Source: Lama glama
Taxonomy: Eukaryota
DNA: 64,000 nt
NCBI GenBank assembly: GCA_028534125.1
Contig: CM052816.1
Coordinates: 66,094,001-66,158,000 of the forward strand
Direction: 5' to 3'
The notes beneath the pieces are model-generated. The model worked only from the letters and a program-made list of their open reading frames with translations, was not told the DNA's origin and made no database searches. A program made the position numbers and the translations under genes. Positions 1 through 13,439 of the stretch are shown here, piece after piece (position 1 is the first letter of the stretch; every line of letters begins with the position of its first letter).

Positions 1-1239
1 GTATATGGGGCGGCCCCCTGAGGTTGTTTACTGTGGTTTTCGCTTGTTACCTAGCGCTCTTTGCAAACGTATTTTTATTTACACTCTCATTGACCACTTA
101 ACCATGATAACTTTGAAAGAATATGTACAAAGGCAGCCCCAAAAGAAACGCTGATTTGAGCTGAAAGGTCTCATGTGGATCTTCGGTCCACATCGTCTAA
201 ACATCAGCGCCTTACTTATACTGCGCTTTTACCTCACCCTGGACGATCCCGGAGGCCCCTCCAAATGAGTCTTCTGATTCTGTGAAGTATTGAGATTTTG
301 ATTATTAACAAAAGTATCAAATATCAATCACTATCAAGTTACTACATGTCTCTTCTCGGGGAAAGAAGGAACACGAACCAGAAATAGAACCCTTTAATCA
401 TTGCGCAGATTTAAATTGACAGTCAAGCTGAGAAACAGAAGAGTGGATGAAATGACCTTGAACGTAGTCCCAGCCCAGATGGGCTAGTTCCAGTCTTAGT
501 CATGGGTCTGACACTAGCCGTAGCCAGAGGGAGAAGAAATTCCCCGGCAGTGTAGTTGTTGTAAGAGTTGAAAATGAGTCACTGAGTAGGTCCCTTTCCA
601 TTTTCCACTTGCCGTTAGCCACTTTGCAGAGAAAACCGACTTTGGTATGCTTAATAAAAAAGTTTTTTTTTTCTTTTTTAATTCCAAAAAGTTTCTAGAG
701 GTGAAGGAGATTTGTGAGATCAACCTGTTCACTCCTTTCATTACAGATGAAGAAAAAAGTCACAGGAAAGTTAAAGTGACATAGAACAAAACAGTCCTGT
801 CTTACTTTTGTCAAGGCTTTTATCTTGTGGCGAATAAAATTTGGGGTTGCTAGACAACACCCTGATTTCAGTCATTATTGATGCTCTCACTTTGGAATGA
901 AAATTTTGCTTTGGTTTGTCTTTGTTATTAGTGTCTGATTCCTGACCATTCTCTAGGCCAGATACCATTTTCATATGAGAAATAAATCAGGAGGTTTTTT
1001 TTTTTTCTTTAGTTGTTGTTTTGCACCTTTTGGCTTCAGATAACCTCAGTCCAATAGTCAGGCTTTCACTAAGGAATTTTTGTTTTTGCCTGGTTAGTGT
1101 AGGGTGTATATTTGCTCCAAAGGCTTTCATATACTAAATGACACTTTTATATATGTACGTTTGTGTTCAAATACATAAAATGATAGAAAGATGGATAGAT
1201 ACACACATACGTACATACAAAAGCTTATAGACACGCATT

Positions 1240-2150
1240 GAAGACATTATTAGCTAGCCATATACGTAAGCCCTTCGGATGGCAATGAATGAGAGAGAAA
1301 TTCATGGGATTCTGGTCCTGTGGAGGAGTTCAGAGTGTGTTCAACACTAAGGACCGGAATGATTGAGAAGCATCACAGAAAAAGTGCTACTTAGGCTGGA
1401 TCTTGAACATAGCAGGTTCATCTAGGTTGCTAATGAGGAGAAAGATGATATACTCCAGGGGCCGGATCAGGCAGAGAAGGCTGGGACACTTCTGTGGGTT
1501 TACCTTGGTGTTTGTGGGAGCGGGTGAAGAGTGAGTGTTTGGGATGAGTGGGCCTGCCTGGAACAGAAAATCTGATTACAGGAACAGAGGCAGGTGTGAG
1601 GAGTGTGATGGGGGCCCCACTGTGGAGTGCCTTCCATGTCAGACGAAGCCATTTGCATATTACCCTGTAAGTCCTGAAGAGCCCTGGCATTTTATTATAA
1701 GGAAAATATTACAAGGAACATAACACAATGATTTTAGAAAGATAAATCTGCTGGTGGTATGCAGGCTGGCTCATACTGAGGGGAAATAGCAAAAGCAGAA
1801 AGAATCCATCAGGGAATTAGGCATATAAGTGATGAGGGGCTGAAACAGGGTGGGAAGGAAAAGAAAGGAATGGTTAGGAGGAAGATCACGGGAAAGGTGA
1901 CAGGATATATGACTTCAGGGGCAGGTACTGCAGCCAGAGGAAAGTATGAAATTCTGAACCTGAGTAATAATAGAAAGAATGATAGCTGGAAAATCAGGAG
2001 GGGAAGCCAATATGAAGAGAGTGGTGTGGAAGATACAGCAGTTAAATTTTTAGACAGGAAATTGGAATGAAATTACATATCTAGGTAGAGATGTCCTATA
2101 AGCCTTCAATTGTCAGGACTGGATTTCTGGGGAAGAGACAGGCTACCTGG
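1240..2150 (-). mobile_element. LINE-2 fragment (degenerate)
   Basis: Purine-rich antisense L2-type text (e.g. gattttagaaagataaatctgctgg); boundaries approximate. Confidence 0.55.
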
Positions 2151-2187
2151 GAGTTGCCTGTACAGACTTGATGGGTAACGACCTTAA

Positions 2188-2312
2188 GGCTCATCTGTAA
2201 AATGGGAATAATAATAGTCCTCATAGGATTGTAATTACAAATAAATGAGATAATGCCAGGCAAATATTCAGCAGTATTCTTGGTACACAGAGGAAAATAA
2301 ATATTTAGCAAT
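2188..2312 (+). mobile_element. MIR SINE fragment
   Basis: MIR core ctcatctgtaaaatgggaataataatag...aaatgagataatg. Confidence 0.8.
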
Positions 2313-2339
2313 ATCAATCAATAAGTATGAGCTATTACC

Positions 2340-2451
2340 TTTTTAAAATTTTTTATTATTATGACTATTTTTAATGGAGGTACTGGGGATTGAATCCAGG
2401 ACCTTGTGCATGTTAGGCATGTGCTCTACCACTGAGCTATACCGTCCTCCC
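2340..2451 (-). mobile_element. tRNA-derived SINE, Vic-1-like (camelid)
   Basis: Reverse strand reads GGTATAGCTCAGTGGTAGAGCACATGCCTAACATGCACAAGGTCCTGGATTCAATCCCCAGTACCTCCATTAAAA; TSD AGCTATTACC (2330-2339) / AGCTAGTACC (2452-2461). Confidence 0.88.
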
Positions 2452-5159
2452 AGCTAGTACCATTTTTTACGGTGGGTTTTGGGGAAAGACAGTTCTGTGA
2501 ATTGTTAGAACTGCTATTCTGGAAGCTATATGAAAGCCATCTGTTTGCTGTGTTTTCTTAATACTCCAAGTGGAAGGTCATATGTTCTGATTCGCATGCT
2601 TGCTTCCCCAGCTGTGAAGGGAAGGTGGCAGCCCAAGCTATAATTCCTCAGGTTTAGCTGTTGATCCCTGTTTGTAAGACCTGGAGTGGATTTTGGTTTT
2701 TTAATGAAAATGGTTAAGGATATGAACTACTCTTCTGTCTGTTGCAGCTGTCATGATAAAATCCCTGAGCTATATTTTGTTTTCATTTGCCCTGGCCAGA
2801 GTCAAATGAACTTTGAGAGGTTTATAAAGAGCTGTTGAAGAATGGCGTTAGCTCCGTGCAAGCGAGTGATCATTAGCTCAGTATTAGCTCAGTGTGTTAA
2901 ACTGCATTCTCTCCAAGTGGAACGAACTTCCAGAGCAGTGGGAGGAATCCAGGAGAGGAGGACTCTTAATTATGAGGAGTTGTAGGACTCCTGTCGGGAT
3001 GGAAGTTTGGACTAGCTGTCCGCCAAGGAGCTTTCCAATTTGGATGTATTTCACGCAATTCAAAAACTGTAGTGTGTTTGATGGTCCAGTCTGCCTCACC
3101 TGTGTGACTGACGTTCTCCCAGGGTGTTAGATTCACATCTGGAAGATCAGGTTAAAAAAGAGTTTGTTGTCTGTTTTAGTTGTATTATTTTGTTTTTCCC
3201 TATCATCTTTATTCCCAGAAGCAAAAATGTGTATGTTCTCCCATCTCAAGGATGTAAATATGGGCAGGTATTTTAGAAGAATAAATGTCAAGGTGGTCAA
3301 TACCAGTTTTTACTGATGTGTGAAGAAAAGTGAGTTGAATTATTTTTTTTCACTATGTTTTAAGGTCTAAGGTCTTTGTTAGAACATACAGGTGCATCTT
3401 AACTTTATAGGCAATGAGAAAAATCAAATTGGTTTTTCATATATTTTAGTGCCAGTAATTTAGTCTCAAGATATAAGAACAATCATACTTAATTTAAAAG
3501 ATTGTATAAGAGCCATATTTTGAATAAAAATGATTGCTGTAGTATTAATAGCAATTACCTGACCTCACACTGTATTTTATGGATAACACCGTACATTTAA
3601 ATTATGACAAGACTTCCTTTTCCACCAAAATGGCAACATGCATCTAATTTGAATAGAGAGAATGGGGAAGAGGAAATATTCTAGAAGTCCGGTGAATCCC
3701 AAACAGGAAAGTTTTTAAAAAGAAACCCACATTCAGATATTTCCCAGAGAGACCACAGAAACAAACAGATCTCAACACAGCCAGAGAGAAGAGGCAGATT
3801 ATCTACAAAGAAATAGCAGGTAGATTGACAGCTGTTTAGTTTGTGGAAGGGAGCAGAGGTTCATCCGATTGGAAGAAATTAAATCACGTCTGAAATTCTA
3901 GCTGCAAAGGAGTCTAGGATACGGATTTTTTACATGCCCTGCCTCTGGAAGGCTTGTTAAAAGGAAGGTGGAATGGCCACTGCACAGGCGTGTTTACTTT
4001 CTGTCTCTCACACACTTGTGTGTAAGCTCCTTCAGATCAGATGGCTTGCTGACTGACCTCTCCTTATACCTGGAACAGCAGCTAACACATAGTTGCTGCT
4101 AATTAAATATTTGCTGATTAAAAAAGGATTATCATCTTATACTCATTGGTACTGGGCTTGGTCTCCTTGGTCCCGTGTCAGCTGTAGAGTTATTCTTACA
4201 TTTTCCTTTGGAGATTGGAATTTGGTCCTGAAGCCTGCAGAGATGTCTTTACATTTGTCAGGTCAGTGCATTCTGGGAAAATTATCCCTATTTGTTTGAT
4301 ATCTCCAAAAGCATTTTCTGCTGGTACTGGTGACTTTAATGTTTGCAGACAAACCACTGACTGCATAAACGATTGGGTAGATATTATTATGGGAATCTGC
4401 ATGCAGCTGTTTAAATGAGATTGTTTTCCTTCTGACAAGTTTCAGTGTTTCTGGTCACAATGTAAGTAATTTTATTGAGCTCCCGACACCTGCTTAATAC
4501 ACTGCGCTAGATGACCTTCGTTAAGTCTGACTCTGTACCCAACCCAGAAACCTTAAATAACTTGCTGTATGCTGCTGTGCTTACAAGAGGCAGTGCCAGG
4601 ATTTGAACTTGGGTGAAATGTATGCCCTGTATCATCGTATATGCCGTATACCATGGTTCTCATCCTTTACGCTTCTGTCACTGTTGCAAATGAAAAAAAA
4701 AAAAAATCCGTTCTTGCACCATTTTTAATTGTGTTTATGATTGCCTGCATTAAAGTCTTCCTTTTTAAAATGTCTAAATAAGACATGTAACTTTAATAAA
4801 AATACTGCCAACTATAAGTGCTAGATTCCAGTTGTGGTTATGTTGTGTGACCTTCCATAGGCTTTTACATCAATAATTTGCCATGAAGAGGAAGGGATTT
4901 TAAAAAAATAGATTATCTGTTGGTTCCCTTTTTAGTGGGCTATCCTAAACACATCTGAAAAGATTTTGATTAAAATGGTCTATCCTAACGTAATGGCATT
5001 AGTGTATTTGAAAGTAACTACATATTCAAAACTCCACTCTCTGGCAGCTTTCCTTATCCAGAATGCTGCAGAGAACCTGGGGAGGGGATTGGAGGTTACT
5101 GTCCCTCAACTTTAAAAAAAATTTTTTTAATTTCATGTGTTTAAATTTTCTTGTACTTA

Positions 5160-5845
5160 ATTCATGGGACTCTTCTTTCTCCTTATTTATCCTCCTCCCA
5201 ATCTATACTTCCCCCTAGTCTTCTCCATTGCAGCAAATGGCACAGACATCCATCCATTCAAGTTAGAAGTCTAGGAATCCATTCTTCTCATTGCTTCACT
5301 TCCCATGTTCATTTCAAGTCTCAACTCTTCCTCAAGTGCTTCTTCCTCTTCTGTCTGCTTCTGCCTCTACAAAGACAGCTTTTTAAAATGTAAATCTCAT
5401 CACCCCTGCTCAGGACTTCCTGGTGGTGCCCCACACCCTCTGCAAGGCTTGCAAGGACCTGCATGATCTTGCCTTGAGCCACCCCTAGTGTCTTTCTGCA
5501 TACCTGTCCTCCCCCATGCTGGCTGTGTTCCTCCAGCTCCTACTCAGAGTGCTCTGCCCCAGATCTTTTGGCTCTTTCTAACCATCAGTGTCCCATCTCA
5601 GATACTAACTTTTCAGTGCAGCTTTTCCTGCCTATTTAATAATCCATCATCATGGTATCATGTCACCCTCTTTTCTTTCATCCAGCATGTTTGCCACTGC
5701 CTTTTTTTTTTTTTTGTCTTTTTGTCTTTTTGTCCCAACAGTCCAAGGTTCCCATGAGCAGGCAACTCTTCCGTCTTGTTCAGTGCTCTGTCCCTCGGGT
5801 ATATAGTAGCTGTTTAGTAAGTACTTGAGTGAAGAAGTGAATAAC
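5160..5845 (+). mobile_element. LINE-2 3' fragment
   Basis: Pyrimidine-rich L2 body ending gagcaggcaac...gtcttgttcagtgctctgtccc...gagtgaagaagtgaa. Confidence 0.65.
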
Positions 5846-6849
5846 CATTCTAAATAATTTTAGTATTTGATATTTAAAGCCCATTGCTTTCCACAAGAAT
5901 TTTTAATGAAGTCCTAGCATTTTTGTTCATTTTTGCTTGTTAATAAGTGTGAAGGGAGCAGAGTTAGGTACAAGAGTAATTTTGAGAAATGCCAGATTCA
6001 ACAAAAGAAAACAAAGTTATGCAGTACAGTTCTTGGCAGAGCCTTCAATGTGCTACAGTACACCGTCTCCACGAAGGTTAGTGCTATGTCAGAAGTGTGT
6101 CTGACGCTGGGTGTCTTCTTTGAGAATTATCATGGGACTGCTGTTCTTTACAGCACAGTCTGGGAAATGCTGCCTTAGATTAAAGCCCATCATAATAAGA
6201 AGGGGGAAACGGCCGCTATGTTGACTACAAGGAAGCAGATATATTGACCATAGGAGGACAGGCTGACAACCAAGGACTAGGGAAAAATAAAACCTGTGAA
6301 AAAGTGGTGGACCCGAAAAGAATACAGCAGTGGCGCTCTTCAGTGTTCTACATGCGTCTCTACCCCCTTGACTGGATTTGTTGTCTCTAGCAGCTGGCAC
6401 AGTGCTGGGCCCAGAATGAACATACAGTAAATACGTGTTGACTATTCAGTGACGAGTGAACAGTGGTGGCCCAGATCACCAGAAAATAATTAAACTGAGA
6501 TCAGTTTGCTTTGTTTAAGAAAGCAGGAAGATATCTAAAGTTTTTTAGGGAGTTTTTCTTTCTAAAGGATTAAAATAAAAATGTTATTAGTACTTATGAG
6601 AATACTTCATTGGTTATTATACTGCCTAATGGCTTTGCATAACTGGAACTTTGCTATATATTGTCTTATTCAAAGCAAGCACTGACTGTAACAAACATGC
6701 CTGTTTGCCTCGGATATAATGATGGATCTCTTTGAAAGGGTGAAAATCTTATTTTACCATATGTAACTATGCTTGAGATTTTTGTTCTTCATTCCTCTTC
6801 AGGCAAAGTTAAGCAGATTTGGAATTTAAATAATTTGATGATATCGCCT

Positions 6850-8063
6850 AAATTTTTTCAAAGTTAGGTTTTGAGGTGTAATTTACAAACTGATGAGATG
6901 TACTTTTTAAAGATGTAGTTGAATGTGTTTTGACAAATTACACAGTTGGAAAACTATCACCATAATCTAGATGTAAAATATTTCTGTCATCTAAAAAATT
7001 TTCTCTTGCTTCTTTGTAGTCATTCCTTTCCCCTTACTCCCAGTCACTGGCAGCCAGTGATCACATTGTCCCTGTAGTTTTGCCTTTGTAGAATGTCAAG
7101 AATGAAATCATATAGTATATATAGCCTTCTGTTCATGGCTTCTTTTACCTTGCATAATGCTTTTGAGATTCATCCATTAATAACTTGTTGCATATATTTG
7201 TAATTTGTTTCTTTTTATTGCTTTCTAATATTTCATTTTGTGGATGTACCACAGTTTTTTTATCCATTTGCCAGCTGATTGACATCTGGGCTGTTTCCAG
7301 GTTTCTGTTGTTATGAATAGAATTTCATTTCTATAAACACTTGCATACAGGTCTTTGTATGAACGCATGTTTTTATTTCTGTTAAGTGAATAACTAGAAG
7401 TGGGTCCTCTAGTCAGTGTTCTTGTTGACTTTATAAAAAAATACCAAACTTCCAAAGTTGCTCTACCGTTTTGCATTTCTGCTAATAACGTGTGAGACTC
7501 CCATTTTCCACACATCTTGGCCAGAATTTTGTATTATATGTATTTTTTTCACTTTAGGCATTCTAGTAAGTACATAGTGGCACCACATTTTGGTTTTAAT
7601 TTTACTTTTCTTCATGACTAATGATGTTACACAACTTTAGATGTGCTTGGTGAACCTTTTGAGTTCTAAGGGTTTTTTTTTTAATAAATTCTTTGTACAT
7701 GTCTTTATCAGATATGTGTTTTACACATAATTTGTTCCCAGCCTATGAATTATTCTTACATTTTCTTATCAGTTTCTTTTAAAGGAAAGTTTTGATGAAA
7801 TCTAGTTTATCACTTTTTTCTTTTATGCTTTATGGTTTTTGTATTCCAAGGAACCTTTGCCTAATCCAAGATCACAAATATCTTTTTCTATATTTTCTTC
7901 TAGAAGTTTTTATAGTCTTATATTTTACATTTAGTTCCGTGACCCATTTTGAGTAGATACTAGTATGTAGTGCAAGGCGAAGTTGAAGTTCATTGTTTTG
8001 TGAGTGCATGTCCAGTTGTTTAAGTCCCATTTGTTAAAAAGAATATCCTTTCCCCTTTGAATT
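6850..8063 (-). mobile_element. Old LINE-1 (L1M-type) 3' end and ORF2 remnant
   Basis: T-rich antisense L1 text; ORF 7225-7515(-) shows degenerate ORF2p C-terminus (WKQPRCQSAGKWIKKLWYIH). Confidence 0.85.
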
Positions 8064-8450
8064 GTAGCCCAAATTTTAAGATTTAAAATTAAGATTCTCA
8101 AATAAAAGTGGTGGTCATAAAAGATTAAACATGTATTTCCAGAAATATGCCTATTTGCATTTTTTATTATTGCTTTAGAAGACAGGTGTTCTCTGTTTAA
8201 TTGTTTTCACAAAGTATACCATGAAGTACAGAGGAGATATCATTAAGTAGTTTGTGGTGATTATAATAGCCATCTTAAACATGGAAAATTGGTATTAAGA
8301 CAATTTAAGTGAATTGGGAATCCTAATTTTCTCTGTAAGTATAAAGTTCCCTTTCATACAAGATTATTTTTGTGGAAGCTTCATTTTTATGAGGTTTCTG
8401 CATCCATTCATTGCCTTAATTGTTCTTCAGTGAAACAAAAGCCCTTGGTA

Positions 8451-8503
8451 GGTATGATGATGGTGGTGGTTGGTGATAATGGTGGTGGTAGTGGTGGTGA
8501 TGG
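8451..8503 (+). repeat. Imperfect (GGT/GAT)n microsatellite
   Basis: ggtatgatgatggtggtggttggtgataatggtggtggtagtggtggtgatgg. Confidence 0.85.
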
Positions 8504-9227
8504 TTTCGGCTAAATTTACTAACTAGTTACAGACATAGAAAACTCTATCTACTGTATATGATTCAAACTGTATCAACAGTTATAGAATATTATGATAACA
8601 TTGAGTAAGAGTTAGCCCATGTGGAAGAGAAATTTAAATATAGCTATCATCAAGTCAGTCTCATGTTAATTCAGCCTCAAGGAACCTTTCAACAAAAATA
8701 AAGTTTCTTAAATTGGAATTTCTTTCTCAGTAAATGTTGCAGGTTCTTGCTTTAAATAAAACTATTTTTGGTGAAAATTTTCGAACCAGGTTAAATAAAG
8801 AATGATTCTTAGCTTTTTCAGATGATTTTTAGGTTTTTGAAGAAGTCAGCCTAGAGTTCGTCTTAATTTCAAGCCTCCAAAATATTTGTAAGATACGTTT
8901 TTTGTTTTCAGAAAAGAGATGGCTCCTCAGGAACAGAGCTGCTTTCTTTAAATCACATTTGGATCCAGTATCACTAGAGGGCAGTAAACACAAACGGATT
9001 TCGTGGATTTACCTGTGTTAAGGTTGTTTTGTATTATTAGCATTAATCAAAGAAAATATAGTTTTTATAATGTAAAAATGGATTTAAAATCCTAGGTTAT
9101 AAGAAATATAAGTTATAACTTAAATCTAGATTATTGTCTATCTCCAAAACTATTCTTATGGCATTTAAAAGCAAAAGAACACTCAGTGATTTTAGAGACC
9201 CTGGTATGCTATAGTTATTGTAGTTAG

Positions 9228-9727
9228 NNNNNNNNNNNNNNNNNNNNNNNNNNNNNNNNNNNNNNNNNNNNNNNNNNNNNNNNNNNNNNNNNNNNNNNNN
9301 NNNNNNNNNNNNNNNNNNNNNNNNNNNNNNNNNNNNNNNNNNNNNNNNNNNNNNNNNNNNNNNNNNNNNNNNNNNNNNNNNNNNNNNNNNNNNNNNNNNN
9401 NNNNNNNNNNNNNNNNNNNNNNNNNNNNNNNNNNNNNNNNNNNNNNNNNNNNNNNNNNNNNNNNNNNNNNNNNNNNNNNNNNNNNNNNNNNNNNNNNNNN
9501 NNNNNNNNNNNNNNNNNNNNNNNNNNNNNNNNNNNNNNNNNNNNNNNNNNNNNNNNNNNNNNNNNNNNNNNNNNNNNNNNNNNNNNNNNNNNNNNNNNNN
9601 NNNNNNNNNNNNNNNNNNNNNNNNNNNNNNNNNNNNNNNNNNNNNNNNNNNNNNNNNNNNNNNNNNNNNNNNNNNNNNNNNNNNNNNNNNNNNNNNNNNN
9701 NNNNNNNNNNNNNNNNNNNNNNNNNNN
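9228..9727. other. Assembly gap (500 N)
   Basis: Run of exactly 500 n. Confidence 1.
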
Positions 9728-9859
9728 AGGGATTCAGGATGATTAGTCCACTTCTAAATTCATACTGTCCGTCATAGAGTTTGAATCAGCCTAATTATAT
9801 GACAAGCTGTTCATCCATCATGGAGAACAAAGACCAAAACAGAGACCTGGTCTTGCATC

Positions 9860-10010
9860 TCAGCCTTGGCACGTGTACTGAACATTTAACAGTTTCTGTC
9901 TTTTCACCTTAAAATGGGGGGTGATATCTATCTACCCAGGGTGTTGCAAAGATCAGAGATAAGGTATATAAAGCTCTGGATGCGTTGAGGGTGCCTAATA
10001 AATGCTGTAA
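9860..10010 (+). mobile_element. MIR fragment
   Basis: ttttcaccttaaaatgggggg...ctacccagggtgttgcaaagatcagagataa...taataaatgct. Confidence 0.65.
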
Positions 10011-11027
10011 CATACTTGTTACAGTTTCTTCCTTAGAATTGTCAGAAGCCGAGTCTGACTGTAAGCATTGTGTGTCCCTGGCTCCATCCAGATTGCTTTT
10101 CTGGGTGGTGTAGATTTTTTCCTGTGGGCTCCTGCAGTGGAAAGGAGCTTCTGGTCTTTTTCTCATGGGAAATGAAGTGAATTTAAATTAGGCTCTGAGC
10201 TTTTAAAAAAAAGATTTCTTATTCCCTAGAAATGTGAGAGTCTTCCTTGGTACTTTTTACTTCACTTTTTGCTTTGTTCATTGCTAGGTCCCCAGTATCC
10301 AGGACAGTGTTAGGAATATAATTGGACTGTAACAAGTATTCAGTAAATAAAGGGGTGAGTGTAGAATAGTTAGCGTTTAGAGAAAGGCTGGAATATTTAG
10401 TCTTAGATGTACTTTGAATGATTTAAATCTGACTTTGAAAGACCAGCTTGAAGTAGGTGGAATAAAAGAGGGAGGGTATTGTAGGCAGTGAGTTCACTGT
10501 AAGTAAAGACAGGAAATGGGGCCATCTGCTGTGTCTTAGGGATGGGTGAAGTAGTAGCCTGTTGGGAACTGAGCACGGGTGGAAAGAGCAGTCAGAGATG
10601 GGCTTGGGGTTGGGGATGAGGGTCAGATGTTGTTGGTGTGGAGCTTATGGAGGAGTCTGGATGTGACGAAGCAGGTGATGCCAAGTCGTCAGTGACCAGC
10701 TTTGGAGGAGCGGGCTGAGGCTGGATTTGAGAACCCTGGCCTGGCAGTGGAGATCAGTCAGGGGTTGGAAGGAGAAAAGCCAAAGAAGATAAGCTAAGAA
10801 GCAGGTATACTGCTTTGGGTATGAGATGTGGAATGACGTGATGCAGTTGAAAGGGAACATGATATATTTTTTAAAAAATAAAGGATAAGCCTGGGAGTTT
10901 AAAAATGTAGGCACCTTAATGGAATAGTTAATCATCCTCACCATCACCTAAACCTTTTCATCACTATGTATCAGATGTTGTTTTCAGTGTTTGCATATAG
11001 TATCTTATTTAATCCTCATAATAATTA

Positions 11028-11602
11028 CTCTGGTTATTTATTGCTGTATGACAAATCGCTTCAAATTTTGTGGCTTAAAATATCAATTGTTATTTTTCAT
11101 TGTTTTGTGTATTTGGTTGTGGTTCAACATCCTCTCTTGGCATCATCGTGTGGCTGCTGTCAGATGGTGGCTGGGGCTGGAGTCATTTCAGGGGGCAACT
11201 GCCTGGGTTGCTGAAACGGATTCTTCACTCCCAAGTCTGGGTCTGGGCTAGGGTGGCAGGCATAGCTGAAGACTGGCCAGGTACACGTGTGCGCTTGCTC
11301 AGACTCACTCTCTCCTCTGCCTCCCATCTCTTTCTCTCCGTCGCTCTTCCAGCAGCCTTCTCTCCATAAAGGTAGCATGGTCTTCCTTGTAGCATGGCAG
11401 TCTCAGAATATCAGACTTTCTTACAAGGAGGCTCAGGGGTCCCAACAGCACGTTCAAGGAGCCCAAGGTGAGAGCTGCAAGACGCCCTGTGACAGCCTCC
11501 ACAGTCACGCAGCATCCCTTGTTGGTCCTACAGGCAGGCCAGCTCAGATTCAGTGAAGGGTAGTGTGGCTCGTCAGGAAGCGTCTTTGGAGACCAGCTAC
11601 CA
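11028..11602 (-). mobile_element. MaLR MLT1-type solo LTR inserted in a MIR
   Basis: ggttatttattgctgtatgacaaatc...cagatggtggctggggctggagtcat...ggagaccagctacca; MIR-like halves on both sides. Confidence 0.7.
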
Positions 11603-11879
11603 TGGTAAGCAATTTTACAGATGAGGAGACTGACCCACCAAGAAGTGAGAGTATTTTGTGAGGGTTATGCACTAAAGGGTTTGAATTCAGAGTCCATCTC
11701 CTTAGTACCTGGGTGAACTTGGGAAAAATCACTGTCTCTCTAGTTCTCACTTTACATGGAAATGACGAGATTGGAGGAGGTGATACTGAAGGTACTCTGG
11801 ATTTCTCTCAGCCCTTAAGCCTTTGAATTTAGATGATGGGAGTGGGAATGAGAAGGAACGCAGGAGGGAAAAGGCATTT

Positions 11880-12570
11880 TGTAGAAGATAGAACTTGGTA
11901 ACCGCGTTGGTGGAGGGAAGGAAATGTGGTAGAGGGGAGCACATGAAAGGGAGTAGTCATAATAAGAACCACTTTAAACAGAAGAATGGATCCACCAGTT
12001 TTTTTAAAGTTTGAGATGGCTGGCAGGGCATTAAAGAAGGAAGAGTAGCTTATAATCATTTGAAAATGTGGTACCAAAATTCAAGTTAGAAGTGGTCATT
12101 AAAGAGTGTTGGGCCCAGGACAGTCTTTGTGGATATCTCAAGTGAAAGGATGAATAGAAGAAGGCAAAGAAGGTGTGGTCAGAGAAGTGGGAGGAAAATC
12201 TCCTTATAGAAACTGAAGGTCCTGGGATTTGAGGGAACACTTCAGAGAAGTTGAGGAGAATGAAAGACTAGTGAAAGGGGAGGACCTTTGTATTCTTCTG
12301 GAAGCAGTTTTAGTGGCATATTGGGGTTTGACATCTTTTGTAGAGGATTAAGGAAATGAAGGAATTTAGGAAATGAACACAGTGGGTGTGAAATGTCGCT
12401 GAGGACTTTGGCCGCAAAGGACCAGTAGAAACTCAAAGAGGCAGGGTATTCCATAGCTGTTTCTGATGAGGGTGTGCTGTCTAAGACAGGATGCAGGAAG
12501 ACTGGGCAGTCACCACATCAGCAAGTCACAGGAGTGCAGAGCAGTGAGTACGAACTGAGGTGGAGGTGAG
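11880..12570 (-). mobile_element. LINE-2 fragment
   Basis: Purine-rich antisense L2-like text; approximate. Confidence 0.45.
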
Positions 12571-13439
12571 GTAGAATGGACAGAACTTTATGCTCCAATA
12601 GAGTAAAAGCTAGATTCCCCTCATTTCTTATCCATAAGACCTCTTTAGTGTTAAAGTTACCGAATGATGCCATCCCAAACCTACTAGAAAAGATTGCTTT
12701 TTCTCACAGAAATTTAGATTTTTTATTGAACTCTCCTTGTAAAAGGCCTGATTACTCTTGAGCTCAGTTCTGGATTCTTAAGAGCTACTCTTATACCTCA
12801 AACTTTGTACATAATCATAAAAATGTTCCCTTCTGATGAAAATATAGATCTTGAAATCTGTCCCCAGATTTCTGCATTCTTTAATCATACACAGTGCATT
12901 AGCTTTCAGGGTTTTTTTTTCCCCCCAGTCAGATTTATCATAAATCATCCCCACCCTTAGATTTTAAGGCTATGGAACTCAGCCTATATAATATTAGAAA
13001 CAAAAGGAGCTGAGAACAGCAGTGCCACCCACACAGGTGAGGAAATGTATCACTTCCACTTACGAATTCTGGACATTAATCGTGTTTTATAATTACACTA
13101 TGCTGTTATGTTGGACTGGGGAAGAACTTCCCTTGTATCCGTGTCTCCAGGGAAACCACTTGTTTTGGATTTGACAGAGGGAGACAATTAAAATGCCTTT
13201 TCATAGAGCAGCTTTTATTTTGAAGAGAAGTCAGAGAATATTAAAATTCATAGAAATTACTCCGAAAGGATTGGCAATTCTTATTTAAGAATGAACTATG
13301 AATTTTGCAGTTTTATGGTGGTAGTCATCACTGCGAGAGGGAAAGCCCATTCATCTTTTCATGGGTAGCCTCAGCTGTAGGGATACCGTCTTTACATGGC
13401 GTTTACCAGAGGTGAGCAGGAAAACCTCCTCCCTAGAGG

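Noticed and set aside
1..13400. Search for upstream PDE4D exons (UCR1, EEAYQKLA... UCR2 exon, PDE4D1/2 start)
   Set aside because: No matching peptide seen; these exons are expected further upstream, though the gap cannot be inspected
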